DNA of 64,000 bases from Octopus sinensis. Taxonomy: Eukaryota. The stretch is taken from the NCBI RefSeq assembly GCF_006345805.1, contig NC_042999.1, positions 128,278,001 to 128,342,000 of the forward strand. The letters run 5' to 3'. Position numbers and translations under genes: made by a program. Shown piece by piece: positions 1 to 14,554 of this stretch (positions are counted from its first letter, which is position 1; each line of letters begins with the position of its first letter). A model generated the notes under the pieces. It made no database searches and had not been told where the DNA came from. It saw only the letters and a list, made by a program, of their open reading frames with translations.

Positions 1-1430
1 TGCCATAGGAAAATACACAAGTGAGATGTGGTCCTCACTTGTAGAAGGACTTCTAGATGTGGGGGCCACATCTAGAAGGGCAGTCACTCTGAATATAAAA
101 TTGATTTGGACAATGATGATGATGATGATGTTTTCATTCAATGTTTTAATAATTCTGATCATCCATTGCACTTGTCAAATCTACTGTGAATCCAGTGAAC
201 TTTCTCTTCCTGTCTTTAGGTAGAAATAGTACACTTAACATAGTTGCTCTTACCTTGACTCTAATCTATATGTAACTTACAGTGTAGTCCTAGAAACAAC
301 ATTGTTCATGTAGTAAACTATGAAATTCTTCCATTCTCTCAATTTCTTGTAATTCAAATCGCTTCATAGTCCCAGTAGACGAAATAGAAAAGGCATTGTT
401 CTGGTGGATGGTGAGGAAGATGTGCTGGAACTTATGTAAGTGAACTTGTTTGTATGTAAGTGAACTTAAGTGTGTATGTGTGTATTCACATATTCATGCA
501 TACACACTCACTTCCATAAACATGTGCATTTGCACACATTACTCTGATCAGTTTTGAACTAAAGATTCAAATCAACCAACCTTCAGAGAAATAATAATTA
601 ATTCAACGTCTGGAAACTTGAACTCCAAACTTTATACATCTAGTCCTGACACTGTAAAAGTCCTATACAATAATAATCCAAGGAAAAGAAGATCAAATTA
701 CCAATTCTCTTTAATAATAATTTGCTTGTAATATAATCCAAAAATCAATTGAAGATTGCCTCGTGTAATATTTATGGCAATTAGGTAAGTATTGAAACAT
801 TTCAGAGATTCACAATATTTCATCATTTTGAGTGATTATAAATCCATTGAGTAGCTTAATTAAACTAAACAATTTATCTGATTCTATTGTGGTAATGGTC
901 ATCAGAATTAGCACTGAGACAGACATTTTGTCTTCAATAAAGTCCAAAGAAATTCTTGCTGTAAATTTGATTTTTCTTCATTATTAATGAAATAAATAAA
1001 TAAATAAATAAATAAAAATGAAGTTATTTTCGCTTAGCGAAAAAACAAGAACAAGACAAAAACAGAAACAATAAAAGAAAACTCCCCTTAATTGGCATAA
1101 GTCGTCATTTAATAAATTGTAGCAGTGAGATTAGTTTAATTAGCCCAGTTATTATTTACATTGTCCTGGATTGATAATTATGTGAAGAGGTAAAAATATA
1201 ATAGTGTATTGACTCCATGAATAAATTAATTTGATAGAAGACAATTTTTTTTATTAAAAGTAGGTATACATGTTAGGAACAATCTTAGTTGAGTTGATAT
1301 GACATTCACCATAGAATTGGCAAATCAAAAGTTCAAATCTCACAACCAATTCTAATTTTTTTAAATTCTGCATCTAGCACTTTATTACTTTTGTGCTATC
1401 TTGGGAAGGTTGTTATGCTTTTAATAAACA

Positions 1431-1767
1431 CATGCACTGGTTCAGTTTCACTTCTTTACCATTATTAATCAATTAGTTATTTAACCAACTAACTAATTGA
1501 TTGTTTGATTATTTATTCAGTTAATCAATCAAAAAGTTGTGTTTGTCAAAGTCCTTTCATTGCCATTGCCAACCTCTTCAATGATATGCCCTCTCTTCTC
1601 TAGGTCCACTCCTGGTCTGTCATTGAAGAGATTGCAATTGTCAACATATTCACAATTGATAAACATAATTGATTAACCAAATGATTACTCAAACAATTGA
1701 TTAGTAAGCTGGTTAAACTCTTAACCAATTTATGAATAACAAAGAAATGAAATAGGACCAGTGTGTG
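1431..1767. mobile_element. Decayed foldback/MITE-like element with ~115-bp imperfect inverted arms
   Basis: catgcactggttcagtttcacttcttt at 1431 is the imperfect reverse complement of aaagaaatgaaataggaccagtgtgtg ending at 1767; similarity continues inward (about 1431-1545 vs 1650-1767). Confidence 0.5.
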
Positions 1768-4082
1768 AGTATATTATTGGTATAGTGACCCTCTCAAGGC
1801 AAAAACAAAACCTGTTTCAACACATGAGTATAGTCACTAAATTTTCTAAATTTCCCAAATGACATGCTACTATCTTAACTGAAGAAAGGTATACTTGATA
1901 ATATTATCTTTGATAGACTATACCCAGAAAAAAATATAGAATTTTGATGGTTAAAAGTTCTTTGATTTGATCATAGGTCTGTTTAATTAAATCCAACCCA
2001 TGGTTAAACAACAACCTTATATTGTCATCATAATAATTATGATTGTCATCATCACTGTCATGCCCATTCTCATTATCATTGTTGTCATTCTCCTCCTCCT
2101 CGTCGTCATCATCATCATCATCAACAACAACAACAACAACCATAACAATGACAGTCAACAACAAGTTGTAACAGGATAGGCAGAACCTGTTAGTTTCAAG
2201 TCTGTTTGAAATGACCAGATGTAATGGAATAATCCAATCAAAGTTGCATTGCTAATATGTTTAATAGTGTGATAATTCTTATAAAAAAAAAAACATAAGT
2301 AAGATCAAAAAATAAACCAAACATTTAATGGACAGGAAGCAATATCTAATCTAAAAGTGCTTTTCTAATTAGAAGCTTCTGTTAATGACCAACAGATGAT
2401 AAATGGCCCACTTGTACTTAAGAATGCTTCAAGCTATTACACAACCTGACAACCAGTTACAAGAAACTAAGCAGAAAGCAAAACGAAACAAAGAAAGATA
2501 CAAAAAGGAATAAGGCATACTGTATTTTCTTTCCTAAAAGTATATCATATTTACTCAACACTTATTAATGTTTGTTAATGATATTACAACTGTAAGGTTA
2601 AAATAGGAAAATTAATAAATAAGTTTAAAAAATGGGAAGTTAGTGTAAAGACCATAAAATAATATATGGCCAATGAATATTGTACAGTGGAGAATAACAC
2701 ACTGTTCTTGGAGAGTAATAGCAGCATTTATGGCCCCAATAATGACTTCAAGAACTGGACTCTTCAAATTATCCAACGTTAGGGGTATTGATTTAGAAAC
2801 ACGGCAAAACAGTATACAAACACAAGCTGCATTCGCACAGATATGAATACACACACACACACGCACACACACACACAAACATGCTTGTGCATGTACCCAT
2901 GCACACACACGCACATATGCATGCATACACATACACACATGCATGCACACACATATTAGTGAAAAGTGTTAAAAGCAATAAATATAGATGTTGACAAACC
3001 TCTGAGGAATATTAGCCAAGAAAAAATGAGATATAATTGGTTGCATTGTTAAAATGGTAAAATATGCCATACTGAAGCTTACCAAACATCAGACTTTCAA
3101 AAACTATAAATAGAATGCTTCCTTTTATGTTTCCTACATAAAAAAGGATTCTAATGCATAGTCTACCTTCTGTGCCTATTTTACTATCCTGTTCAAAATT
3201 AGTGTTTGCAGTATCTAAAACCACTTTACAAATATCTATATATTATAAATCTTGCGAATTGTGACAAAGTAATTCTCCATTTATTTAAAGTCTCCCTGCC
3301 TTTTACTAAATAAAAATTTGTCCCATGGAGAATTTTCACTCTTTTACTATTGTTATTTAGAACTGGGTTGACACATCTACTCTCACCCTCTCTCTTTCTC
3401 TCTTTTTCTTCTCTCCTCTCTCTTTTTTCAACTGGAGTGATCATGTGTTAACCCTTCTGCAAAATTCCTTTTTCTAACATCCTACTCTCACATCTCATCA
3501 CCTGGCACAAAACCACCTCCCTCAATACTACTTGCCACTCAGTTGAGGAGCCTTATCTTGCAAGTTACTTGGTAACCTCACCAATGCTGGTGCCACATAG
3601 AAAGTACTTGATACAGTCAGTAAAGTGGTCAGTGTTAGACAGGATATCCATCCACATTGAAGAGGAGAAACCATACCAAAGCAGACAATTGATCTTGGTG
3701 CAATGTTTTGGATTCCAAGCTCCTGTCAACCCATCCATGGTTAAAATATATTTTATATACAGTAGAAAGAGACAGAGTGGTTTGGAATCAGAGAGTAAGG
3801 GACTGAGGCAGATACAACGGGTTATTCTGAGAGGAGATAAAATTCTGTAGATGTTATAAATGTAGTTGAAAACAAAAAGAGTACACAACTTGAGAATGAG
3901 TTAAGATTATAGAAATTAGTAGGAAAGTATTTATCAATCAAATAGTTGGCTTTCTTCTAGATGTAATCTAGAATAGCTGTGATTTAAGAGGTTCTATTAT
4001 CTCAGATATAAAAACAGTACTCAATAGTTGAATGATTTCAGGTTGTTGCTGTGGTCAGCTCTGCAAGGGCAGACATGATTAA

Positions 4083-4303
4083 CCCTTTAGTATTCAGATT
4101 ACTTGGTCAAATGTAATGCTTATTTTATTCACATTATTTTTAATTATTCATGTATTATCTTGTAGCTTTAAGATTTAGATGCTGTGATTGTTTATTTTTA
4201 GAATCATATTGTAGGATAGGTGAGAGAGGTTGGATCTGGCAAGTCTGAACATAAAACGGGTAGAATATTTGGACCTGATATGGTAGGTTTAAATGCTAAA
4301 GGG
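4083..4303. mobile_element. piggyBac-like MITE
   Basis: TTAA on both sides (4079-4082, 4304-4307); TIRs CCCTTTAGtATT / AATGCTAAAGGG; no ORF. Confidence 0.7.
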
Positions 4304-4388
4304 TTAAAATTATTCCATCCATGACTGTCTTATCTTTCATTCAGGTATCGTATATCAAGGATTACATCATCATCATCATCATCATCGT

Positions 4389-4552
4389 TTAATGTCCGTT
4401 CTCCATGCTAGCATGGGTTGGACGGTTCGACCGGGGATCTGGGAAGCCAGAAGGCTGCACCAGGCTCCAGTCTTATCTGGCAATGTTTCTACAGCTGGAT
4501 GCCCTTCCTAACGCCAACCACTCCGTGAGTGTAGTGGGTGCTTTTTACGTGC
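4389..4552 (-). mobile_element. Orphan RTE LINE 3' tail ending in (GAT)n
   Basis: Near-identical reverse complement of 59230-59403; abuts (CAT)n at 4365-4388. Confidence 0.8.
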
Positions 4553-5499
4553 CACCTGCATCATTCGTGCCACCTGCATCATTTACGTGCCACCTACATC
4601 ATTCAATATATTGCTCTTTTGTAAGATGTAGAGCATATTTTAGGTGAGATGTGATTGTTATTTTTAGTTCATCAAACATCTGAATTCCTTTGTTGGCTTT
4701 AATGAGATTTTGGGTTTTATCAAGAGAAAAAGAAAGGAACAAACTAAATATCCTTGATGAGGTTTTTATAAATAAGATTTAACAATATATGACTGTTTTC
4801 AGAGATTACTGGAGATGATGATTCTTCACAAATATAGTCTATTTATATGAGAATGGTTAATGAAAAGTAAGGCTATGGTGCATTTTTTTCTACTTTGAAG
4901 TAACTTTAATGTTTTAAATGTTAAACATTACTATATTGTAGAATTTTAGAATTCCAATGGAAAATGTAATAAAAGACAGATGTTGATGTTGCATAAGAGT
5001 TTCAAATCCAGACAGGGCAAAAGATATTAAAAGAATGGGAAGTTGTATCATCTGTGTAGGAATAAGTGAGATTATGGTTGATCTGGGACCTAGAACCTTA
5101 TATATTTTGTGAGACTTTGGTTCCTGTACCAGATAATTTTTTTTTCTAAGGTGCAGAATTGGATAAAGATTTTCTTCATTTTGAATTTAATAGAATTAAA
5201 ATTTTTTTTTTAATGAAATACCAACAGCTGTTGTCTCAGATATTGCCATCAAAACACAAAGAACTGAAAAAGATACTGCAAGACATCCTGTTTGATACGC
5301 TAATATTTCTGCCAATCCTCTGTACTGATATTCTATCAGTATTGATATTTAACAACTATTCAATGAATGTAAACAGAAAATCCGAAATAGAACTCATCCT
5401 TGGGGAAATGCCAGAATGAAGTGGGTGGAAAAGAAGACAGTTGTGGATGGAACAACTTTAATCATAAGTCTGCTCACTCAGAGAAGACCAGGAACTAAA

Positions 5500-5760
5500 C
5501 TACAGCAGCAGCCTGAATTCATTCAGCTATCGAGTATTGTTTTTATAGCTATCCAAAATAAAAAAAAAACCTCTTTAATCACAGCTATCCTGAATTACAT
5601 TCAGAAGAAAGCCATCTATTTGGTTAATAAATACATTCCTACTGATTTCTATAGTCTTGACTCACTGTCATACTGTGTACTCTCAACAGCTTCAGCTACA
5701 ACTATAACATTTACTCAACTACAACCTCCACTCAGAATAATCTGTTGTAACTGCCTCTGC
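5500..5760 (+). pseudogene. Possible very decayed Jockey/CR1-like LINE ORF2 C-terminal remnant
   Basis: TAILNYIQKKAIYLV...LDSLSY loosely resembles the LDRIQRRAxRLI...LxSL segment after RT; weak similarity only. Confidence 0.25.
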
Positions 5761-6123
5761 CTCTGCCTCTTACCATCTGAGTCTCTCTACTTCTCTCTTT
5801 TCCTACCCTATATAAAAAAATTAAATAAAGTGCTTTGTTGCAAGAACTACTACAACACCTCTTTAATCATTCATTAGTGCCTTAATGAAGAAAAATAAAA
5901 TTAGCTCATTGAGATATATTGAAATTAAAGTGAGGTTATGGATTCAGATTAGTTGTTTTGGAAATCTGAGGAAAGTTGATTTAACAGGGAGAGGTGTTTT
6001 AAAAATGTATGTGGACAGAACAGAAGATTTAAAGGATTGAATATATTAATAAATAACGAAGTCACTTATAAAGAATAGCTTTATAAAGTGACTAATTTAT
6101 ATGTGAACTATAAAAAGGATAAA

Positions 6124-6395
6124 GACCCCTTTCAGTCATGAATGAGCATGGGGATGCACCTAGAAAGTTCCCATCTGAGGCACAGGGTTATTTATGGAAG
6201 GCCAGCAGTTATCCATGCTATCGATGTTATCCAAGAGAAAGGCAAAGGCCGATACAGCTTGGCACCTGTGATGTCGTAACTCATTTCTATAGCTGAGTGA
6301 ACTGGAGCAATGTGAAATAAAGTCCGGTCCAAGAATCGAACTCACTACCTTATGATTGTGAGCCTAATGTTCTAACCACTGAGCCAGTTGCCTTC
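6124..6395 (-). mobile_element. tRNA-derived CORE-like SINE (type A head, tail Z)
   Basis: tRNA-like head at the right end; same tail as 43153-43483. Confidence 0.7.
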
Positions 6396-6998
6396 TTACT
6401 TGTATGAACTAGCAGGTAATTAAATGAATACTACCAATGATTTTTAACTGTGGTATATATGTAACGAGATACATAATTGCATGTAAACACACTTATACAA
6501 ATACATTCATACATGCAAGTATATGCACACACATTCATACACATTAATACATACACGTGATGAATTTATATATACTTTACATTAACTACGTAGTAGTTAA
6601 GACACACATTTAACACTAGGAATTAATTTTTAGATTCTAATGGAGAACATTTTCAGAAAACTGCAAAGAATTTGATTTTTCAATATTGCAGAAGAACTTT
6701 ATTACAGGTAAAAATTCTTAAAGCGACAGATTGCTCTTTTACCAATTTAAAAATTGCTGCACTATATTTCTTCATTTTCCCCTCTCGGACATTTAGGTGT
6801 CATTGATATTGTTATTGTTTAGTTCCTGGTAAGCCCCAATGAAACAAACTTGCAATCAACAGCATTCCAGCTTTGTTTTCAGAAAGAAATAGTTTATCTA
6901 TTTTAAGATAGTAGGCTATGATATGAGAGAGATTTGGCAGTTATTATTATCAGATTGAGCAAGCACATAGAGGTTCACATACTGAACCTTGATATTAA

Positions 6999-7219
6999 CC
7001 CTTTCGTTACTGTATTTATTTTGAGATGCTTTGTGTTTCTTTCAATTATTTGAGATATAACAAAGAATTTAGTAAAATAACTTAGTTATCATTAAGCTAG
7101 TGTTAGGAACATAAATTGGGACTAAGGTTTGGTGGAAGATTTTAATTCAGAACTTTTGAAAACAAGACATTTGTACTACAGGGCCAGAGCCGGATTCAGC
7201 CGGGTTGGTAACAAAAGGG
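6999..7219. mobile_element. piggyBac-like MITE, second family
   Basis: TTAA+CCCTTTCGTTAC at left, GTAACAAAAGGG at right; the right TSD is degenerate. Confidence 0.55.
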
Positions 7220-7739
7220 TCCTAACTGTAATCTTTTCTGGGACAAGCATTATTTTCTTGTGAGTGTAATCCAGAATCCAGTTCCAGTTCTCATTTCCAG
7301 TTATCTCAGTTTATTCATACTGTCAATAATACTAAGAATGTTCTGAAAGTCTCACAATCTAAATTTTTCTTCTCTATAAATTTGATACCTGTACATTTTC
7401 TACCCAATACAAAATCAATTTTGAACCTTTCATCAACTAATATAAAAAAGGAAAAATTTTGTATCAATTCTTGAAAAAGTAAGATTTCTTTTCATCCCTT
7501 TGCTATTCACTAGAATAGTTTCATAAAGGGAAATTATGTAGTCTTTTGAATGAATTCCAGTCTAGTATATTATTAGTTGCCATATTTTGTAAATAACTCA
7601 AGGAGCGATAGGTGAAAACAACACAGGCCTGGATTGAGGTTAGAACTATAGTATACAAAACAAGAGAAAGTAAAAGCATCTCATCATCACTCCTGTTTAT
7701 AACATTTTCAATAAAAATAATGATAAAAATACAACTGCT

Positions 7740-7788
7740 GAATAATAATAATAATAATAAGAATAATAATAATAATAATGATAATAAA

Positions 7789-7819
<31 letters not shown>

Positions 7820-7820
7820 T
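7740..7820. repeat. (TAA)n microsatellite
   Basis: Direct reading. Confidence 0.95.
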
Positions 7821-8570
7821 AACATTATAGGAAACTTAATTATAAATTTAAGCAAATTCCCAAAATTGATTAATTTCATAGAAAAAATATTTCTGCTGAA
7901 ATTTCGGGAAGGTAAAAGAATAAATAAATAAATAAATCATTGCTCTTGTAGTTATTTTAGATATTGTGATGGAACTAGAATTATCTAGAATAATCCATCA
8001 ATTGCCTTGCTGCTTTAATCTCCTTCTGATCAATGCATGCATTCATCATCTATACAGTTAACGGAATCAATAGTCAGATGCCTCCATCAAGTTATTTCTC
8101 ATAAGACACTGGCTACTGAATGATTTCTGCAAAAGTGTTTTCTTTCTTTTACACTTGTTGTTGTTGTTGTTGTTACTGTTGTCGCTATTCTTGCTGTTGT
8201 TGTTGCAGCCAATATTGAAGTCGCCTTCTAAAAATATATTTGCATTCACCCAGTGACGGTGGCAGTTATGGCGATGGTGGTGATTATGATGATGGTGATA
8301 GTGATGATGGTCGTGGTGGTTGATAAAGTAATGGTGAATACTTGGATGCTTTCTACCACACTGATTTATTCTTTACGTAATAAAGGAAGAGATGAAGCCA
8401 TCATGTTGGTTTAGTTGTGGTTGTGGTCGATGTGGTGTTGGTTGTTGTTGTTGTTGTGGTTGTTGCTGTAAGAATGTTGTCTGGTTTGGTTGCAGTTACG
8501 TATATTTAGTTATACTACAGATTATAAGAACACAGGAATATATGCACCTATATCTATCAATCTATGTATT

Positions 8571-8612
<42 letters not shown>

Positions 8613-8732
8613 ATATAAATACAAACATACAAAGATTGATATATATATATATATATATATATAGGTTTATATATATGTATGTATACATACATACATACAT
8701 ACATATATACCTATATATATAGGTGTATATAA

Positions 8733-8779
<47 letters not shown>

Positions 8780-9159
8780 ATATATATACACATACATACA
8801 CATAATATATGTTTGTGTGTGTGTGTAAACATACATATATACACAGTCACTCACACACATATACACATATATATATCTGTATGGTAGAGAAAAACATACT
8901 TTATGATGTTAGTGTAGTGATGGGGTTGGTGTTGGGGGTGGTGGCAATGATTAGAGGAGAAGAAGCATGACCTAAGCAGCATTAATTGAATTGAGTCATT
9001 CTATTATTGGAACTTATTTTACCAGACACTAAGTGGATGAAAAGTAAAGTTGATCCTTGTAGGATTTGAACTCAATTCAATTCCTACAGACAACAATGAG
9101 ACATTAAATCCAATATGGTAGAGAAATAACAGATTGAATGTATATTGTATTTATTCATG

Positions 9160-9472
9160 TACAATCATCATCATCATCATCATCATCGTCGTCGTTGTCA
9201 TCGTCATCACTGTCACTGTCATCAATGATGTCTTCATCATCATCATCATCATCATCACTGTTGCTGACATCAGTTGTTATCATCATCATCATTATCATAA
9301 TGATTGCTGTTATCACCAACATCATCATCTTCATTATCATTGCTGTCACCATTTTCATCATTGTCATCATTATTGTTGTCATTGTTGTCATCACTGTCAT
9401 CATTGTTGTTGGCATCATTGTCGGTGTCGTCGTCATCATCATCATCATCATCATCACCATCACCATCATCAG
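9160..9472. repeat. Decayed (CAT/CGT/TGT)n trinucleotide array abutting an RTE tail remnant (9473-9540, minus strand)
   Basis: Direct reading; the adjacent gctaatgtctgctttccatcc...ggtttgacag matches the RTE tail end. Confidence 0.85.
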
Positions 9473-9704
9473 CTAATGTCTGCTTTCCATCCTATCGTAA
9501 GGAGGATGGTTTGACAGGGTCCAACAGTTCCAAGGACTGTGTTGTGTTCTATTGTCTACTTTGACATAATTTCTATGACTGGAACTTATTAAAGCCAACC
9601 ACTTTACAGAATGTATTGGCTATCATTTCCATGACACCAGCTCTGGTATGGTCATCAAATAATTTGCATGACAAGCTCCCTTGACTGAGTGGGGCTACAG
9701 TTGT

Positions 9705-9947
9705 GGAGGCACGTGGCTTAGTGGTTAGGGTGTTGAACTCATGATTGTAAGGTTGTGGTTTCGATTTCTGGTCTGGGCGATGCGTTGTGTTCTTAAGCAA
9801 AACACTTCATTTCCTGTTGCTGCAGTCCACTCAGCTGGCAAAAATGAGTAATCTTGCAACGGACTGGCGTCCCGTCCAGGTGGGGAATTTCTATGCCACT
9901 GAAACCGAGGAATCGGCCCTTATGAGCCTGGCAGGGCTCAAGAAGGA
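9705..9947 (+). mobile_element. tRNA-derived CORE-like SINE (type A, tail X)
   Basis: Pol III A-box (TGGCTTAGTGG) and B-box-like (GTTTCGATTTC) head; central tgtgttcttaagcaaaacacttcattt...ctcagctggcaaaaatgagta resembles the CORE domain; similar copies at 13481, 22238, 44706 and 50570. Confidence 0.8.
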
Positions 9948-10414
9948 AGGAAGTGAGGCTACAGTGGAGAAGGAGACTGCATCATGTTTAATATGAGGGG
10001 TTAAGGCACGAAAGAGGGGGACAAGAACAAGGACAGAAATCTTGCTGTAGAGGAGGGAGCTACATGACTGCTGATATTATATAGGAGTCGGTGGGAGTGA
10101 CTAAAGTAGAGACAGAAAGAGTGATAAAATGAAGAGGTCAGAGTGGATCCTCAAGATGTGAGGTGAGTAGAAGTGAGTGGGGATAGAATAACAGGGAGAG
10201 TTGGTGGGTAGGGGTTGCAATTAATTTCTAAGTCTGTTATATATTCTGGTGGTCGCTTTTGCTGAACCACTAAGTTATGGGTGTGTAAATAAACTGACAT
10301 CAGTTGTCAAGTAGAGTGTGTGGAGTGGGTGTGTGTGTGACAAACAAATGATGACACAAACACACATATATATACATGTATATATGTATATATATCCCTT
10401 AAGTTCATTTATAC

Positions 10415-10631
10415 TCTCTTTTACTCTTTTACTTGTTTCAGTCTTTAAGACTGTAGCCATGCTGGAGTACTGCCTTTAGTCAAGCAAATCGACCCCAGGA
10501 CTTATTCTTTGTAAGCCTAGTACTTATTCTATCGGACTCTTTTGCTGAACCGCTAAGTTACTGGGACACAAACACACCAGCATCAGTTGTCAAGTGATGT
10601 TGGGGGGACAAACACAGACACACAAACATAT

Positions 10632-10662
<31 letters not shown>

Positions 10663-10832
10663 CTTATATACGACAGGCTTCTTTCAGTTTCTGTCTACCA
10701 AATCCACTCACAAAGCTTTGGTTGGCCTGAGGCTATAGTAGAAGACACCTGCCCAAGGTGCCACGCAGTGGGAATGCACCCAGAACCATGTGGTAGGTAA
10801 GCAAGCTACTTACCACACAGCCACTCCTGTGC
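10415..10832 (-). mobile_element. SINE type B (tRNA-like head, internal TA/TG tract, gaaacaagtaaaagagtaaaag tail)
   Basis: Full-length; matches 36330-36890 and 46341-46695. Confidence 0.85.
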
Positions 10833-11156
10833 CTAGGAAACCTTTCTGAATATGCATATAAAAGTTTCTATTTTATTATGCCAGCTACAGCCTAATGATG
10901 CCAACTAGCGATCGCAGTTATTTTGGGTTTCACCTGAGGAAATGAACACATGAATATGATCCACCCAATATCCATGGAGACTTCAGACTGTATTGTAATC
11001 ACCTCAGGAATATGGTCTATGATTGTAAGAAACATGTGATTTGTGGAAACACATGTAGATATTTAATATCATCTGGATAATACCCTCATAAAGTGCATTT
11101 CAAAGTTCTTATACATTTATTGGCTACCATATGGATGGAAGCACTCTCTTAGCTCT

Positions 11157-11528
11157 CCGTCGGTTACGACGATGAGGGTTCCAGTTGATCCGAATCAACA
11201 GAACAGCCTGCTCGTGAAATTAATGTGTAAGTAGCTGAGCACTCCACAGACACGTGCACCCTTAACATAGTTCTCAGGGATATTCAGCATGACACAGAGA
11301 GTGACAAGGCCGGCCCCTTGAAATACAGGTACAACAGAAACAGGAAGTAAGAGTGAGAGAAAGTTGTGGTGAAAGAGTACAGCAGAGATCACCACCATCC
11401 CCTGCCAGAGCCTCGTGGAGCTTTTAGGTGTTTTCGCTCAATAAACACTCACAACGCCCGGTCTGGGAATCGAAACCACGATCCTATGACCGCGAGTCCG
11501 CTGCCCTAACCACTGGGCCATTGCGCCA
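11157..11528 (-). mobile_element. tRNA-derived SINE (type A-like head, second body, tail Y)
   Basis: On the minus strand the head reads tggcgcaatggcccagtggttagggcagcggactcgcggtcataggatcgtggtttcgattccc; the body is shared with 63033-63338. Confidence 0.8.
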
Positions 11529-11692
11529 TCACTGGCTACCATATGCTAACCACATGAATACTACTTTTACTGGATTTATATGTAGAAATCTGTTAGTGTA
11601 TGCAGAATTTATATAAAAATTTATAAAGCAAAAAGATAGAATATCCAGGCTTTAATCACAAATCACATCCTGCTTTATAAATTTTATCTATC

Positions 11693-11751
<59 letters not shown>

Positions 11752-11756
11752 AACAG

Positions 11757-13187
11757 GCTAATTATATAGTGCACAGGGTACAAGTAGGGGTTCACCAAGG
11801 ATCGGTGCTCAGCCTCCCTTTGTTCATCATAGTACACCAGGCAATAACAGAGGAATTTAAAACAGGCTGCCCATGGGAGCTCCGCTATGCTGATGACCTT
11901 GCTCTTATAGTGAAATCACTACCAGAAATAGAGAAGAAGTTTCAGATATGGAAGCAAGTCAAGAATCGAAGGGCCTTAGAGTTAACCTAGCAAAAACCAA
12001 AGTCTTAGTAAGTAGGAAAGCAGACAAATCACAAATCCATTCAGATAGATGGCCCTGGTCAATTTGTAGAAAAGGCATAAGTAGAAACTCTATAAGATAC
12101 ACCTGTTGTAAGCTTTGGACACATAAAAGGTGCAGCAGCATCAAAGAAAGGTTAACAGAGAAATTAGCTTTTGTATGTGGAAGATGCACAGGTACAATAA
12201 ACGCTGAAAATGTCCAGAAAATAGACTTCATCAACTGTCAGTGGAGGCAAGCTGGACGTAGTAAATAGCTTCTGTTATCTAGGTGACCAAGTTAGAAGTG
12301 ACCAAGACCATAGCTGTGAGAATAAGATTAGGATGGGCAAAGTTCAGAGAGCACCCCACCAAGCTGGCAACAAAGGACCTCTCTCTCAGAGTGAAGGCAG
12401 ATTGCCTGTGTGCAAACAGCTATGCTGCATGGCAGTGAAACATAGGTTGTGACAGCCAAGGACATGTGTAGGCTTGAAAGAAATGAAGCCACTATGCTTT
12501 GCTGGATGTGCAATGTAAGTGTGCATGTTCAACAGAGTGTAAGCATCTTGAGAGAAAAGTTGGGCATAAGAGGCATCAGATGTGGTGTGCAAGAGAGATG
12601 ACTGCACTGGTATGGTCATGTGATGCATATGGATGAGGACAGTTGTGTAAAGAAGTGCTAATCTCTAACTGTGGAGGGAACCTGTGGCACAGGTAGACCC
12701 AGGAAGACATGGAACGAAGTGGTGAAGCATGATCTTCGAACTTTGAGCCTCACAGAGGCAATGACTAGTGACCGAGACCTTTGGTGAGATGTTGTGCTTG
12801 AGAGGACTCATCAGGCCAAGTGAAATCATAGTCGAGGTTGATGCTGGTGTCACATAACTGGCACCTATGCCAGTGGTATGTAAAGAACACCCTTTGAGTG
12901 TTGGACCTCACTGAAGTAAAGTGGCTGAGTTCCTTTTGAGTGTTGAGTCTCACAGAGGCAATGACCAAGACCTATGGCATTATGTCATGATTGAGAAGAA
13001 GACTCATCATGCTAAGCAAAATCACAGTCACGGCAGATACTGGTGTCACACAAAGCACCCATTGCACTCTCAGCTGTAGAAAATCATGCCAAATTAGACT
13101 GGAGACTGGTGCAGCCTTCCAGCCCTGGTCAAATCATCCAAACCATGCCAGCATGGACAATGGATGTTAAATGATGATGATGATGAA
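11757..13187 (+). mobile_element. 5'-truncated RTE-clade LINE (RT C-terminus, PHD finger, 3' UTR, (GAT)n tail), disrupted
   Basis: GVHQGSVLS...YADDLAL RT motifs; NLAKTKVL; Cys/His finger; several frameshifts; ends in gttaaatgatgatgatg. Confidence 0.92.
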
Positions 13188-13480
13188 CAGTTAACCAATA
13201 TTTAGAACTGTATTCCTGCATATCTGAAGGGAAACAGTGAGGAGGACTCATATATTACACTTTCATTTAGCTGGACTACACAATTGGGTATTATATCACA
13301 GAGTATATATATACAAGCAAGACAAAAGAGAAGAGTTTGTTTATAAAATATTTAGTTATATCATCTATTAAATATTTTAAAACAAACACTTGTTTTATTT
13401 TTGCTTTCATTATACATAGATACACATATGACAGGCTTCTGGCAGATTTTATCGACCAAATTCACCATCACCTGCATAGT

Positions 13481-13690
13481 GGAGGCATGTGACTTAGTGG
13501 GTAGGGTGTTGGATTCATGATTGTAAGATTGTGGTTGCGATTCCTGGACTGGGCGATACATTTCATTTCACATTGCTACTGTCACTCTGCTGGCAAAAAT
13601 GAGTAATCCTACAATGGATTGGTGTCCTGTCTAGGTGGGGAAATTATATGTCACGGAAACCAGGAAATCAGCTCTTATGAGTTAGTATGA
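13481..13690 (+). mobile_element. CORE-like SINE type A
   Basis: Aligns by eye with 9705-9947. Confidence 0.75.
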
Positions 13691-14058
13691 ATTGAGAAAG
13701 AAATTTTACTACTTTGATTAAAACTCCAATTTCCTCTTGAAACTTTATATGCACATATTTTTTTTTTAATGTTCATGTTCCATGCTGGCATGAGTTGGAC
13801 AGTTTGACAGGATCCAATGAGTTTGCGATGGGTTCTTCTGCTTGATGGCCTTCCTAGTGCCAACCACTTTGCAGTATGTATTGGGAGCTTTTTTTCCCAA
13901 CACCAGGCCTATTAATGTTGTCAGACACTTGCAAGACTATGAATCATGAGGAGTGGGTTAGTCCTACTAGCAAAATATGTGTGCGCACACACACACACAT
14001 ACACACACTCACGCATGCACACACACATACACACACGCACGCATGCACACACACACAC

Positions 14059-14094
<36 letters not shown>

Positions 14095-14299
14095 AGCATA
14101 GAGTGCATGCTGCCCTGGAGCAGGAAACTGAAGGGGTGGCCAATGGGCAGACTGCCCCCTCCACACACCTCTAGCTATGCTAGTGCACACGCACACACAT
14201 GCACACACACACACACACGCACACACACACACACACACATGTACAGTTTAGAGGGATCACTGGTTACTAGTAGTATGTTATCCAGCAAAACCTCTTAAT

Positions 14300-14554
14300 C
14301 AGTGTTTCTCAACTGTCTTTTGCCTATGGATCCCTTTGATTCCTATTTTACTCAGATGTACCCTCCTAGCCATTCGATGTTTTAAGGATAACCTATAAAA
14401 TCTTTATTAGATATTATTAGGGATTTTACAAAAGAAAGTGTTAAAATATTCTGTGCATTGTAGAAGTATAACTGATCTATTGCGGATTAATTTTAATAGC
14501 AAAATCTTGTATGGCCCCCACAAGGGTTATGTGGACCCTAGTTGAGAACCATTG
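14300..14554. mobile_element. hAT (Charlie-like) MITE
   Basis: TIRs CAGTGTTTCTCAAC / GTTGAGAACCATTG; imperfect ~8-bp TSD tctta(c)at. Confidence 0.7.

Noticed and set aside
18-78. Two small hairpins (8 bp and 13 bp) at the window start
   Set aside because: Probably part of a repeat tail cut by the window edge; too little context.
9134-9564. Overlapping poly-His/Ser/Met/Ile ORFs (also at 14775-15218, 23493-24467, 45221-45751)
   Set aside because: Translations of trinucleotide repeats that stay open in several frames.
9705-9780. tRNA-like sequences at SINE heads
   Set aside because: No complete cloverleaf; they run straight into SINE bodies.
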